Positions 50,537-64,000 of a stretch of DNA of 64,000 bases are shown piece after piece. Made by a program: the position numbers and the translations under genes. Location: NCBI GenBank assembly GCA_965637545.1, contig OZ281496.1, positions 27,590,001-27,654,000 on the forward strand, in the 5' to 3' direction. The notes below the pieces were generated by a model. The model ran no database searches. It saw nothing but the letters and a program-made list of their open reading frames with translations, and was not told the DNA's origin. Positions within the stretch are counted from its first letter, which is position 1; every line of letters begins with the position of its first letter. Origin of the DNA: Phallusia mammillata. Lineage: Eukaryota.

Positions 50537-53089
50537 CGTTTGCAAGATGTTTTTGTACTGTTTGTTGGTTTAGAAAAGTTTTGATTGCTGAAATAGTAGT
50601 TATTATACTTATGATTTGCAAGTGTTCGCAGTGTAAAGTTTCTTCTATAGTTTTATTTGATGCTGTATTTGATTACAGGTCAACAATAACTTGCTTGTGT
50701 ATAATTTCTTTCTTAAACACATGTTTTTTACCTTTTATCACATTACTACAGGTTTCTCTCCATCATGGCTAAATGTATCGATTTTTGTCAAAAATCAGTA
50801 AAACAACGTTTTTACAAACTGACGTCACAGCCATTATCATGTTGCCTTAAAAACGCCTGCATATATTTGTGTTGCACATAAATTTGTACATACTCGTTTG
50901 AACGTGTACAAAATAAACATTGTATAAACTTGTGCATCATTTAGCAGTTCAAACAGCCAGCGCCCGCGCCCGCACCAATGCGTTTGTTTAATAATAATAA
51001 AAACGTGACATCGTCCATGCGTGACCTCAACCAATCACAGTCTAGCAAAAAGTGGGCGAAGAAGGGGGTGTGTACTCCCAAGTCCATAACATAAAAAATT
51101 GGCGCTGTTAAAATTGGTATTGTTATCACGAATCTGCGTGGTGTTGAAATGTATTCAACGGGCCAAGATAAACGGTTAAATGTAAATGACATTTAAATGT
51201 AAACAAAACGTACTACGCTCCAGAACGTCTTTTTGCGGTGGGTATGGCTTACGGCTTACGCAAATAGGTTTATCACAGTGACGTTAAACAGCGGTCGCTA
51301 AATTTGCGGTTATTAATGCGATACATATTATCGTCATCGAAATTTACACGTTGCCTGGATAAAACGTTATGCGGATTGCTTTATCAATCAACTGAATATT
51401 TCACATTTCATTTAAAGCGAACCGGTGCGCATCGAAATAATGGCAAAGTTAAAAAAATGTGTATGACAATTTTTATCAGCTGTATCACAAAAACAAATAC
51501 CCACATAAATCTGTTTTAGTTTTCCAAAATTAAAGCTTTGTGACGTAATTCGTTACGGGCGTTACGGGATTTAAGGAACTGAAACATTGTGATCAAACAA
51601 AGAAAGCTTTTCTGTCGGTCGGATACAGGTTACCAGCAGGTTTACCTTCGAAATCACGAATTTACATTTATCATAAACGGACTAAAGCAAGATTAGATAT
51701 TGTTGCAGCCTATGTGCTCTTAACATGAGCTAAAATTCCGATAGATAATGGTACTCTAGTAGCGCATCACAAAATACGCTTAAGGTGTGGGTCAGATTAC
51801 GTCACAGTCAGGTGATCGAAGTGTTTGTGATCGCATAATTCGTTAATTTGCAGAAATGAAAATAATAGGTATAGATAGAAAACACTTTTGACAGCAGTAA
51901 AAACTAAACAACTCAATTGTAGCGGCAGTTTACTTACATCAAACTAGAAAAGTAAAGTGTGGTTACGTCACAATCACCTGATCTGCAAAAGATTGCACCA
52001 CAAGACGCAATCCCCTTTTTTCAGTAATTTAAACCTGTCCAAATCATTGCATTTGCGTTGATTGCGTATTAAATGGTTTAATTTAAATGAAATACCTTTC
52101 TCATTGCGTGTTTATTTTTAAAAAATTACTAAAAATTCGTTGGGTCACAAAACAATGTTTTCAACCCTTTAAAATAGTGGTTCACAACCTTGGTTCAGTA
52201 GAATTTATATATACACCTTAAAAAAACAAATAAGGTCAAGAACCACTGGCTTATACAATGCCATTTAAAATAGTATTAAAATTTTAGGGATTTATTATAT
52301 TCAATTGTCTGGTAAACAAAGCAATAAGAATTTAAATTCAAAATCTTGAATTGGAAATATATTTTCTGCAGTTAGTCAACAATCGTTGTGTTGGACCTTA
52401 AAATAAAACAAATAATGTATTGCTGCCTGTGTAGGTCAAATTCTTGAAGTTGTAAAACTGCATATAATGTGACTTATCAGTTTTCAACAGGTTTTGCTGT
52501 GCATACTAAACGAAAATTCAGCTTATTTGTTGAATTTGTAAAACCGAGTGTGTCTTTTACAGTGGTTTGAATACATTGTGATATTGCACTTATAAGTTTT
52601 TCAAGATTTTAACATAATTTTACTCAACCCACTCTGTTGATAAGAATAACTACAGACAGGCTTTAAAAATAAACACTGGGTGAAGTACTGTTATACTTAC
52701 ATAAATAATGTATGGTGCGGAAGAACCTTATTTGCTAGTTGATAATGGCTCCAATCCTGAATCAAAACAACATTCATTGAACTGTTTTCTTGAAAAAAGA
52801 GAAAAACTTTTGGTTTCATGACTAATTTTGACCATAATCAAATTGAGCTTATAAAACCAAAAAACAAACTATTTACTAAAATGAAACTTACAAACCAACA
52901 TTGATTTGGAAATTGTCATGGTTAATCACAAAAAAACATTTGGTGTTGCTAAAACAAACAAAAGTTTTAGGAACAACAAAATTGTACTTTGTGTATTTTT
53001 AATGTAAAGTGTTTTGTTTTTTAGTATCTTAAGGCTTAAGATTACATGCTCAAATTTGGATGTAAAAAATTGCAACTAAAGTATCTACA

Positions 53090-56000
53090 ATGGCAAGAAA
53101 GCGTAAGTGTCCGGATGTTTTTTTAACAATAGCTAAGCTGTAATATTTGAAAATTTTTGCCTCAGGAAACAGCAGTTGTAGTTCAGATGAAGATTTTGAA
53201 AATGACACTGAATTGGTAAGAATGAAATATTAAAACAATCATTCGATTTTCCAATAAATAAAACAAAAACTGGTTTAGAAGTTCATGTTTTAGTCTTACC
53301 CTTCTGAAACGTCTGGAGGTTTGTAAGTGTGTATGGGTGTCCTGGTAACTTGTGCTAATTGCATGAACAAGTATTACTATTCTTCTCGGTCAGTTCTCAA
53401 AATCTGAAAATGAAACAAAACTTTGTTAAACCCATTATCTTGGTATTCATTCTCTGTTTTTTTCATGTAATTGTTCTTTATCCCATAAAACAACATAAAT
53501 ACTGTTTTGTATTGTAGTGAGGTAATATCTTTGGCATACATGGGGCCATTTTTTAAAAAAATAACCAGGGTCAGCAACCATTTTTATGCAATGAGTGCTA
53601 CATTACTTGTTAATTCCAAATGGTAATGACTTGGCCTGCCAACATTTTTGTGAGTAACAGTGGTTTGTTTCAGCTGACCTAAACATTGATCATGAAGCAA
53701 ATATATTTGTCCCATTTAGGCTGGATTTAAGACCATTGTGTTAAAACAAACCAAAAACAAGCTATGTAACAGTTAAAATATGCAACAAGCACTAAATGTA
53801 AACACATGCCAACCTTAACCAGCAGTGGTTGTCAACCCATTTGTGTGGTCTATAATTCTAAAATGGTTTCATTATGTGACAGGTAGATAATTATCTAAAA
53901 TTGGTATTGTAGAGTCGGACAAACTGTTGTGAGAACATGGTTTTTGTGGTGTTTTGTTTAATTTGGCATGCAAAAGTCTGGTGATAATTTTTTTGTTGTG
54001 TACTGCAACCCATAGACTTGGGAAACAACCATCTTGAATCTTTGGATATCCATTATTTGTCTGTCATTGCATGTTAACTAGATAATAATAAATCTTTGTC
54101 CAAATGAATAAACTGACCCGAAACGCAATGTTTTAAAAAAGGTTTCCTTTATTTGCTTGCTTACATTGAATAGATGTTGTGTGATAATACACAATAAGGT
54201 ACACAAATATTGTAAAAGTTAAACTGTTGTAAATGTAAAATATTGTTTATCTTATTGTTGTGCATTCTAGGGCTTTGATAGGAATTGTTCACCAACCAAC
54301 CCAAAACTCAGGTGATTGTTTATACAGAAAGTTAATTATTAAACCAACTTTATGGGAATTATGATATATAACTTATTTTAGGGCAAGTTCCAGTGATTTA
54401 GGTTTCGAGGAGACTATGTCTTGTACAGAACAGAGCTTTCAGAAAGTAAGTATATTTCCATGTTTGATATTTTGTTTTTTACAAACAAAAACAAATCTGT
54501 GAACTGTAAATACAGAGAACCGCGGTTGAACCAGATTCTGTTTATGCCTGATTTTTGACTAATCTAGAGAATAAATTCCCTTTTTAGCATATTATAATCT
54601 GGATTTTTTATGTTACAATAGCAAATTTGTACAGCAAATCACGTTGCAGTAACATGTTACTGTGTGCTGTTGCCTACTTTATAACGGGTTCAGGTTATCA
54701 GGATTTGTTGTGGTGTCAGGTTTAAACTAGACAGAAACATGTTTTTAAATTGGGTAAAACTTGTATTGCTGTGTGGCATAAACAAAACATGTTTTTCATG
54801 AGGCTTAGCTTCAGTTTGTGTGTGTATTTAAAAATACCTTGGTACCTTTGTTAGTATGGTTAGCAGCAGTGATTTTTAACCTTATTGTATAAAGACTCAA
54901 AGCAGAAATTAAATTCATTAAAGAGTTTTTTATTTGGAAAATGCCTTTTTATCATTTTATATGTAACCTTTTTCGTGAACAGTTAATATTTAAAGCTGAT
55001 TAATTGACTCATTTGGGTGGAAGAAATACAATCCCAATATGTCTGTACTATATTAATTTCATTGTAACTGTAGTTATTGAAAAAACCTGTTTGAAAGAAT
55101 TTGTGGTTTTGTGTACTTTTTATAATAACTTAAACCTTTTTTACCCAAGTTTAACTAAATCATATATAATATCCTTAAATATTTTTACATTTAAGATGGA
55201 TGAACAACCACATGAAAAAAACTATGATATCGGGTAAAACAAACAATTTTCAGTTACAGTACAGTTGTCTATTATACTTTAAATGGATTGTGTTTTGTCA
55301 ATAGGACTGCAGGTTATCCTGTCCTCACGGGTCATTCATCTACTAGTACATTCGGAAAACTACCTCCAAACAATAACCATTTTTCACCACAAGAAGGTTT
55401 TGCGAAAAAACACCAATGGCCTTTGCCTTTGCAAGGTAATTATATGTAATTTAATACATCAAGCTGTTCAGGATCAGGTGCTGGTTTTAATTAAGTAGTG
55501 TTTCATGTAAGAGAATTATAACAAGAGGAAATGTAATTAAGCTTTTAGATTTCACCACAGTTGTAGGTACCTTATTAAATCGAGACAACTGAATGCCTGC
55601 AAGGAAATACATTTACATTGGTAACTTTTTACATTGATTAAGTTGTGTTTTTTTTCTTTTAAGCAAATGAAAACCAAACTCGACAAGAAGTAAGAAAAGA
55701 AAATAACAAACCTCGACCTAAAAGTCAGGCACCAGAAGATGACAATCATCCCTATGAAGAAAATATCGTAGACAACATAGGTAAGATGCAAAACAGAAAT
55801 GAAAAAGATGGGCTAATTTGGGCCAATGACTGAGTTTTTGGTACAGAGCATTATTTGTTTTGATTTTCAGAGAAAAACATTTGCCAATATCTAAGGTAAT
55901 AGGCTTGCCATGTTAAACATATTTTTCTTTCTTGCACGAAATGTTGTGATGTAGTATAGTGTTAAAAATGTTGTGATGTAGTATACTAAAAATTTTGCCA

Positions 56001-59000
56001 AGGTCCAGGATCAATATCACAAAGCGTAGTTGTGGAAAAACTAGAACCACAAGCAACCGAAATTGAACGCAGAAAACCACCATCACAAGATGAAGGCATT
56101 GGTGAAAGTCAAAAAGTTATACCACCTGGTAAAAAGCTTGTTATATAAAAGAACAACAGATTGCAACACATAACTGCAAACAATGGACACTTACTGACTG
56201 TTACATACAAAATAAAAAGGGAAAAACATACTTTATTTACAAGCAACCATGCTGTTCATGCCCTTTTACAATAATTTTGTTTTGATTCCCTGTGTTTTGT
56301 TGCTAGTTTTTGCTTTTTTACACACAAGGATATGTGCATTTGTGTGTTGATTATAGTCACCTTCATCATGTTATCTTAGTAGAAGACACATCATGCAAAG
56401 CCCCCAAAGACCTTGAAGTAGACATACATGGAGAGGAGGGTCTGACTGAAGAACAAACATCGCCAGTCCCTCCAAGTAATTACAAGTGTTTCAGTTCAAA
56501 AACGTTTTGTTTCAGAGCTTATTTAACTAGTCTGAGTTTGAGCTAAAAGTAAACTGAAACTAATCATTTTAGGCACTGATAAGATAGAAAACTTGAAACT
56601 ACCACATTACTTGATGGCCTCTCATGACATGACTCCAAATAATTTAGAAGGTAACGATATATTTTCAGCAAATAAATCATGATATTTTACACTGCAAGTT
56701 TTATCTGAACAGAATTTCTTTGCAATAGATAACTTTATTTTTTTGTTTTTAGGGAAAATGGTAGGCGTTTAGGTAGTTTTGCCAGACCTTATTGCTTTGT
56801 CAATTCCAGCCTAAAAAATTTTGGACATATTTTATCATTTAGGACTTATTCAACCCACATTTGTTTATGAGCAGTATTTTTCACCATTACAGCCACTCCT
56901 AATGTCTGCCAAAAATGTAAGGATGATGATTTTGCTTTTCATTAAGCAAAATCATCAAAATGTGTTAAGCTTCAAGATGACTGTCGTTTGTTAAATTCAA
57001 GGTGAACTTAATTTTCTGTTGTAATATTTGCTTTTTATTAGAAGTATTTGTTGAAAAACAGTACAAACAAACAACTTATCTTTTCTAAAAAAGAACAAAT
57101 CAAAAGGTTCTTGTATTTTTTTGTATAATTCAACACTAGCAATATTCGTTACATTATTATAGCAATCATACAAAGAAGCTTTTGACTATTTAATATCACA
57201 AAAATAAATGACTGTTTATAATACTATGTGTCACTAATGTTGATTACAGTTTGATTAAGTGTAGATATGTCGCTTAAATTGACACAAAGGCTTTGTTGCA
57301 ACCATTTTTAAAGCCCCAAAAAATTGATTTAGATGCAGACAATGGAGATGAATTTATGTCACAGGAATCTGAACCAATGGTTGATATTGGGTCTAACATA
57401 AATATTTGGTAAGTAAAAAATTTTTTTATGAAGTTTCAGATCATGGGGAAAAATAAACACACAACGAAATACGTCCTAACTAATTTCAAATGTGCCCCAT
57501 CTTGGCATATTCTGTACCATGGATAAACAAACTACTAAAATTAATGAATGTTTCGAAGTGGTGTAATGCAACCAACTAGTGTCAAGTTGTACCCTTGTTA
57601 TTTTTACTTGGTTAGCTGAACAATAACACAAACGAATAGTCACTCCACCCGGGCCGGATAAGGCCATCACTCAACTGGCCTTTCATTAACAAACACATGT
57701 TGCAGTTACCAAATCATTTATCACAAAAAAGTGTGGTGTCTGTGCTCTAAATAGTATAAGAATGAGTTCCAATGTGGACATTTATTCTAGAAAGCAGGTA
57801 ATGTATACAGGTTTTGAATTTTGTACCTTGTTTTAACAGCTTTGAAAAAGTTCCAGGACAACTGAAGCCAATAGGTCAACAAAATATGTATGTGTGTTTT
57901 GTTTGTATTATATACTCCCACTGTGTGCTTTAATGTAAAAATACAAAAAGAGTTTATTGAAAACCAAAACTGACAAAAGTGTAAATGTAGGTTTGGTCAT
58001 ACTATAGATGAAGTTTCAGAATGCTTACATACAAGAACATAACTTAAAATGAGCTTACCTTTATGAACCAGTAAAGACCCCAAAAGACACTAAATGTATG
58101 TAGTATATGAACATCGTCCTCTGTTTTTTAGCATTGTACTCGCAGTGAGAGACTCTCAACCTGTTCAAATTGATATGGAGGTAAGTAATGTCTCATAGAC
58201 TTGTTTCACAAGCACAATTAGAGCAGAGACTAGCAAACTTTGTTAAGTATTTAAAGTTTTGCACACCAGTTTTAGGTTAAACATGGAATGTTTGGTAAAT
58301 ACAAACTTATCGCAATTCATCATTTACAATGTCGCTAATTTAGTAACATGCATAGATTTTACAAACCATCATTTAATTTGCCCAATTTAGGTTTAAAGAG
58401 CAATCAACAAAATATGACTGCAATAAATACATACTACACACTAACAATACAATTGTGTTTCTGTGTTTCCAGAAAAAGGCGGTCACTTTGTGTATATGTG
58501 TACACAACTTCTGCACAAGTTTAAGAAGTGCAAAAGTGGTGATATATATTTGACTTTATGTAGGTTGAAAATGGAGAAGTGGACAACGTGCACACAAGAG
58601 CTTTCATTCATAGTCCAACAACATATGTAGAACAAAACGATCAAGGCCAAGGAACAGTACCAATACCACAAGAAGAAATCGACAATGCTGAACCACTCAG
58701 GCAACAACCAAGGATGGTTCCAAGCTATGAAGAGATACATGGAAATCCACAACAAAGTCATATGGCAGCCAGCAGCACTGAAGCGAATATGGCTTCCAAT
58801 CAAGAACCACTCAGAACCAGTGAAGTCAACATTATACCACTTGAAACCCGTGGTGAATCTAATAATGGTATAGAATGCACTACTGTGCACCTGAACGTAA
58901 ATAAAACTACCTTTTATTGTGTATTTATAGTCCTGCAAGCAGCCCCAAGTGCTGACATTGAGGATGGTGTTGAAACAAACAGACTAGATGCAGAAGGCAG

Positions 59001-60448
59001 ACCAATCATTCCATTTAATGGCGATGTTGCTGTGCTGCCACCAGGGAGATTGTCCACAGATGAAGAGCCACTTCAACTTACTGTTTTGTCTATGAGCCTA
59101 CAGGATTTGGCCGCAGACACATCACAAAGTCATGACCTAAACTTGGCTGAAAATGTCAGTGTACCAGAGAGATTTCTTTCAGAAGAGAATCCTGCTACAT
59201 CAGCTGCACATGTTCTACAAACTCTTCCACCTTCTACCAACACCCAACAAAATTCGGAAACTGCAAACCAGAGCAACGGTCTAGACTTGCATCATGGAGC
59301 CTCCGATGCTGCAGTTGCAGTCGAGACAATACCAGTTCAGGTGGAAGAACAAGGTGAGGAATGGAGAACATTTTAACCAGCTAATAGTCATTTTTGGCGT
59401 GTATATGTAGAACTATATAACGTTTGGAAGCTGCTGTGAGTTGAAATAACCACAAAAGAGCACAGTTTTGAAACTAACCCTGTGTTTATTTATGCTGGGT
59501 ACCTTTTTTAACACCATGCTACTGTTTAGATATTGGAGTGTTTGTCCCATCAGTTTCATCTGTTGCCAGATTTGACCGTGGCTATTTAGAGCTTGCAAGT
59601 TATGGTAAGCATTAAGCAAATGAATTACATTCAAGCTTTCATAAAATCAAAATACAATAATGTTTTCAAATGTATGTATATGAGTTTATGTGCATTTTAT
59701 TGAAAGTAAGGAGGTGATTACTCCCAAATATAGTAAAACATAACTAAACCTTCACAATAATAATCGTTCTGTTGAAATAAATACAAAAATATGCTTCTTA
59801 GGCCACCCGGCACCACCCCAGTTGCAGAATTCTGCTCCACAACAACAGAATGTTCGGTGCGTAAGAGAGAACCAAATTGGCTGTGTATCCATATTTTAAA
59901 AAATTTGATTTGTACAATATTTTGTCTACAGTGCACAAATCGGATTACAGAGAAGTTTCCAAGACTACTCATTGCCGCAACACTGTGCTTGCGGTGTAAG
60001 TACAATGTTTCTTATTTTGATTTGTGCAACCAGACAATCATTGTATACCCAGACAGTGACTAAAAGCAATATGTAGAAACTGTTTACCACATTTACAGCA
60101 CTTGTTATCACTGTTTTAAATGGTTAACATACACTATAACATTGTACACTTGCACCGTAAAAAAAGGTTGGTTAAAGATTTAAAGGACTTTGTTGTGATT
60201 TGTGTTGTTTAAATATTTTACAGTTTCTAATGAATGGAGATGAGCCCCAAGAACGGTGCATAAGATGTACATTATGTCTATGTGTAGCTGAAATTGAAAA
60301 TGGAAACCACCATTGTCCATCTTTTCAATGTGTTGGATGTGCATACCAGCTACCTATACGCTTATTGTACTGGTCATGCCCCTATTGCCACATGTCTACG
60401 TGTCTGCACTGCTACCGATCATTTGACCATGAATGTCCACCCGGATAG
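53090..60448 (+). CDS. Uncharacterised protein B, paralog of A: long disordered multi-exon body plus two C-terminal AN1-like zinc fingers
   Basis: Starts MARK| (53090-53102), followed by many short acidic/Ser/Pro-rich exons (about 53166, 54271, 54381, 55196, 55306, 56003, 56379, 56573, 57332) and large exons within the 58579-59376 ORF. Penultimate exon 59932-59995 (...LPQHCACG), last exon 60224-60448. A few internal junctions (about 55870 and 57750-58180) are unresolved. Confidence 0.65.
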
Positions 60449-63331
60449 TTCATTTTAGATCATATGAAAGCACTGTAGTTTTTCATTACTGCATACGTCA
60501 AAAATTAGCCAAAACCAAAGAATTTATTCATGCACTGTTGGTGAAAAAAAATTTTAAACCACTGTCGACATTGTACAAAATTTGCCCTGCTGTCAATCAC
60601 TTTTTTGTAAGCAAGTGAACTAGTTTCAGTGCCATATTATAGCTTTTTTTGTTTTACTAAGCCAAATAAAAATAGACAGCATGAAGTATAAATACTTAAA
60701 AATATATATGTAGACATGATCAAATTGCTTTGTGATTGGTAATGGTTGTACTTGTAACTTGTAATGGCATGTGTAGCTGCATAAAAATGCAGTAATTAAA
60801 ACCTTGTACAGCATGTTTGTCTTAAATTGTTGTTGAAGGATTTGGGCAATTGTCTTAAAGCTACAAACATATGAAGAAACTAAAGACTAAAAATGCAAGC
60901 CATGTAATTAACAAATTAACACAAACCTACGAACACGACAATTACATTTTACACTAATTCCGGCCGTAAAATTCACAAAACTCCGAAAACGTTCTCACAG
61001 TACTTTTCGTTTTAACATGCACATTTGGTGTGACAATCAAAAGACAAAAATTCCTACCTTTAAAGCATCCCTTTTCCGTATTTTTGTGTTGTTTTGGCTC
61101 TATTAACAACTTCTTACTTGTTACAAGTTTAATTCCTGCACCCGAAAAACTTGCAACGATGCAGTCGATAACTCGAGATTCCCGCTTTCTTTTTTCTTGA
61201 ACTTGAACCTCACGTGACAAGCTGATTGAACGATTGAGACAAAAAGCATGAACACCCATTTTCGAAACAAAGTTTAGTGTTTGGCCACTTCACTGGTGTT
61301 TTGAGCTGTCCTAATATAACTTTAGTCACGATTCGTTTACATACAATTACATTGCAAATACCAAATACATAAACACATGATGTCGCCAAGCAAATATAAC
61401 GCAAACTACACAGCAACAGTTTTCGTTACCTATTCTACGTGACAATCTTACTGACCATAAAATTCTAACACATTTAAAAAGGCTTCAGAAACGACAAAAA
61501 CTACTTTATTAACGGACACCTTCTTCAATTTAATAATTCGGCACTACTTTGTACGTCACTTGACAACAACTGATCAAATTCACTAATTCAGCATGACACG
61601 AACTGTCCAACGACTTCTTTCTACGATTTCAACAACCTTGTGTCACATTCGCCTTTTTCAAATCCGATTACGTCAGTCTTGTGCAACATACAAGTTTGCA
61701 AATCTCAGAGGGGGGACTTTTTCAACTTCTAGCATGATTGTTTGTTAGTGACGTCACGACAATTGTTAAAAAGGCAATGACGTCACAATGTTCAAATAGA
61801 GGAGAAAGGACGCGCTGCTTAATTAATAAATATCATGGCCAATATAACCAGTTTCGGATTTAGCAAGAACGTTTAACTTTTTACTATTTTTAAATCGAAA
61901 TTATAAGTTTAATTAACTCCTTTCAAAAGTATTACCGCAAAACATTTTAGGATTGTGCGCAAACAATCTCCTAGGTTGGTGGAAAACCTGCTCAGAAAAA
62001 CTCTGTGAGATATTTCCCAAAATACACAAGATATCTAAAGAATCTTCAGAGGTACAAATGCACAGGAGATCACCGAACGAGCTTTTTCTTTTGGGCGGAG
62101 GGAGGCATGTCATTCCACCGCGACTTGCCTCTCTGCCCCAATTTGGGCTTCGTTTCGTTACAACCGTATTGTTTGTGGGTCTATATGACGTACAGCACCA
62201 ACATGACCAAACTAAATCAATTTCGTGACACCCATCGACCTGTGTTTTGGCCTTAAGATGACCGACACTACTTAGGCTTTGTTAAAAGTTGCTGCGTTTC
62301 ACCTTCACAGTTCCTACTCAGTTTTTCCATTAAGATATTTTCCCATAAAAAGAACGTTACAAGCGAGAACAAAAATTTATATTCTCAAATAGTATTTTAT
62401 AACTTGCATTTAGATACTTACTACAAAATACACATGACAGTTCAAAAACATAAAAGCAAATGTACCAAAGTACACTTAGTTCATTTGCACTAACGTTACG
62501 CTATCATTCACACAAGGCCAATTGAAAACCGCAATATAGCCTACCAGCAGAACCACATTATACAGGATGTGTGAAGCTATTATCAACCACTTCAAAATTG
62601 CCGAGTTCAATTAGCATTTTTTTCCTTGCACGGGAAACAATACAGCATGTTTGAAGAGACAACGCGACTGATAATAACGATCGAGTGGGTAAAGTTGGAT
62701 GCACAGAAAAAATACTGACAAAAAACGAAAAGGCTTTGCCCATTTAGTCTACATTTTAAACGTCATAGACGCTTTTGGAAACATGAACAAAAACGTCTAC
62801 GTCACACAAATCAACCAAAAAATACCCACAGTCACGGAATTAGTAGCAAATCAGACCACCGCATAATACACAAAAACTGATATCCTTCCTAGAAGCGGTG
62901 TCTGTTTGAAGTAGTTTTACGACCGTGAAACGACAATGCAGTTTCAGCGCGTTTAATCTGAATCCACAAACAGTGTACTCCATAATATTTCAACTTTGTG
63001 TGGCTATTTCCAGCTTGATGATTGTTGTATCGTGCAATGGTCTTGGTGTGTTTTTACTTTACCGTACGGAATAAACTCAATAATAATTGAAAAAAAGGAT
63101 ATGCTTCAATCCACAAGAAGTCTCTCATACGCAAAAAAATCTTCACGGCCAAGATTGACATTTTGAGCGGTGATCTCTGGAATAGAACACAATTAGTTCA
63201 TAAGACAAAGAAATGTATGTGAAAACGTATTCTCATGACGAGAAATTATAGTACACCATGGTCCACAAGAGAGGTGGCACTGAGTCAAAAGGGATTTCCA
63301 GCATATCCAAGCAGAAAAGCATAGCTAAAAA

Positions 63332-63406
63332 TCCAGCCGCGATGGGATTCGAACCCACGGTTCGGTGCAGAAAGACGCACACTCGGCAATTAGTCAACTA
63401 TCAGTC
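63332..63406 (-). mobile_element. tRNA-derived SINE-like fragment
   Basis: Minus strand ...GTGGGTTCGAATCCCATCGCGG (B box, tRNA-Leu-like 3' end), related to 21568-21641. No valid cloverleaf. Confidence 0.45.
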
Positions 63407-64000
63407 TGCAACATAGTTACAAAACAAATCAGTCAGGTGACGAACGCTTCATTTAGACACGAAAGATTTTAATATTTATTTTTGTGGACGGTATAAAAGC
63501 ACGTTACAGAAGTCAGCTTACAAAGTCGGTGACATCAAACTTTCTGCCAGAAGGTACAAACATAGGATAAATAGAATATTTACGTAAATTAAAATTAATT
63601 TTCAAAATGAGGGCTACATTTTGCAAGGCAAAATAACATTTAATGGCTTCGACAATTGTGTTTAAAAGTGGTACTTGAGGACAGAAAAAAACGGTTTTGC
63701 TGTTGGAACGACAGCACAACAGTCTTTGTCTTATCAACTTAGACAAACAAAACAGTTTACCGACGATGTGGTAAAATATTCTTACGCGAAAAGCTTGTCG
63801 CAGTATCGCAGTAACAAGTTAATGCACATTTTCTGGGTCTAGTTTTCTTGGTATGGTATCGTTGTTTGTAATGTTTTTTCGGTATAGTCGGTAGTTGTGT
63901 AAAACGAGCAACGATATCAACTAAAGGTAACATTTCACAGTCAAATCGACGAAGATCGGACGTCAAACAAAGTTACAATTAGGCACTAACCTCTAGCTCT

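Noticed and set aside
50148-50772. Several overlapping ORFs around the Cys-rich exon of gene A
   Set aside because: Only the 50102-50536 frame fits the splice phase and the finger pattern; the others are alternative or antisense frames.
60954-64000. Short ORFs at the right end (e.g. 60954-61259, 62558-62743)
   Set aside because: I could not build a consistent exon chain or find recognisable motifs. A gene may be present, but I cannot support one.

Overview
AT-rich, intron-dense animal genomic DNA (compact introns; an invertebrate chordate such as an ascidian is a guess). From left to right: a possible gene start running off the left edge; tRNA-Trp(CCA); a complete 9-exon Lifeguard/TMBIM gene (-); an approximately 32-exon PDIA5-like gene (-) extended to nine a-type thioredoxin domains and ending in RDEL; and, head-to-head with it, a 9-exon ENPP7-like ectophosphodiesterase (+). 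The last ENPP exon is split, inside its transmembrane-helix codons, by a full-length intact L1/Tx1-type LINE (5.3 kb, 14-bp TSD, 54-nt poly(A)). Read antisense, the LINE tail supplies an in-frame 18-Phe stretch, a stop codon and an AATAAA, which may form a replacement membrane anchor. The LINE ORF1 carries an unusual C-terminal array of five zinc ribbons. Further right are two tandem paralogous genes (+), each with many small exons encoding a disordered body and ending in AN1-like zinc fingers with a His-to-Cys change. Introns hold many TSD-flanked MITEs (mostly hAT-like), a 45-bp minisatellite and tRNA-derived SINE-like pieces. Exon models were built by hand from splice signals and reading-frame phase and are not transcript-verified.
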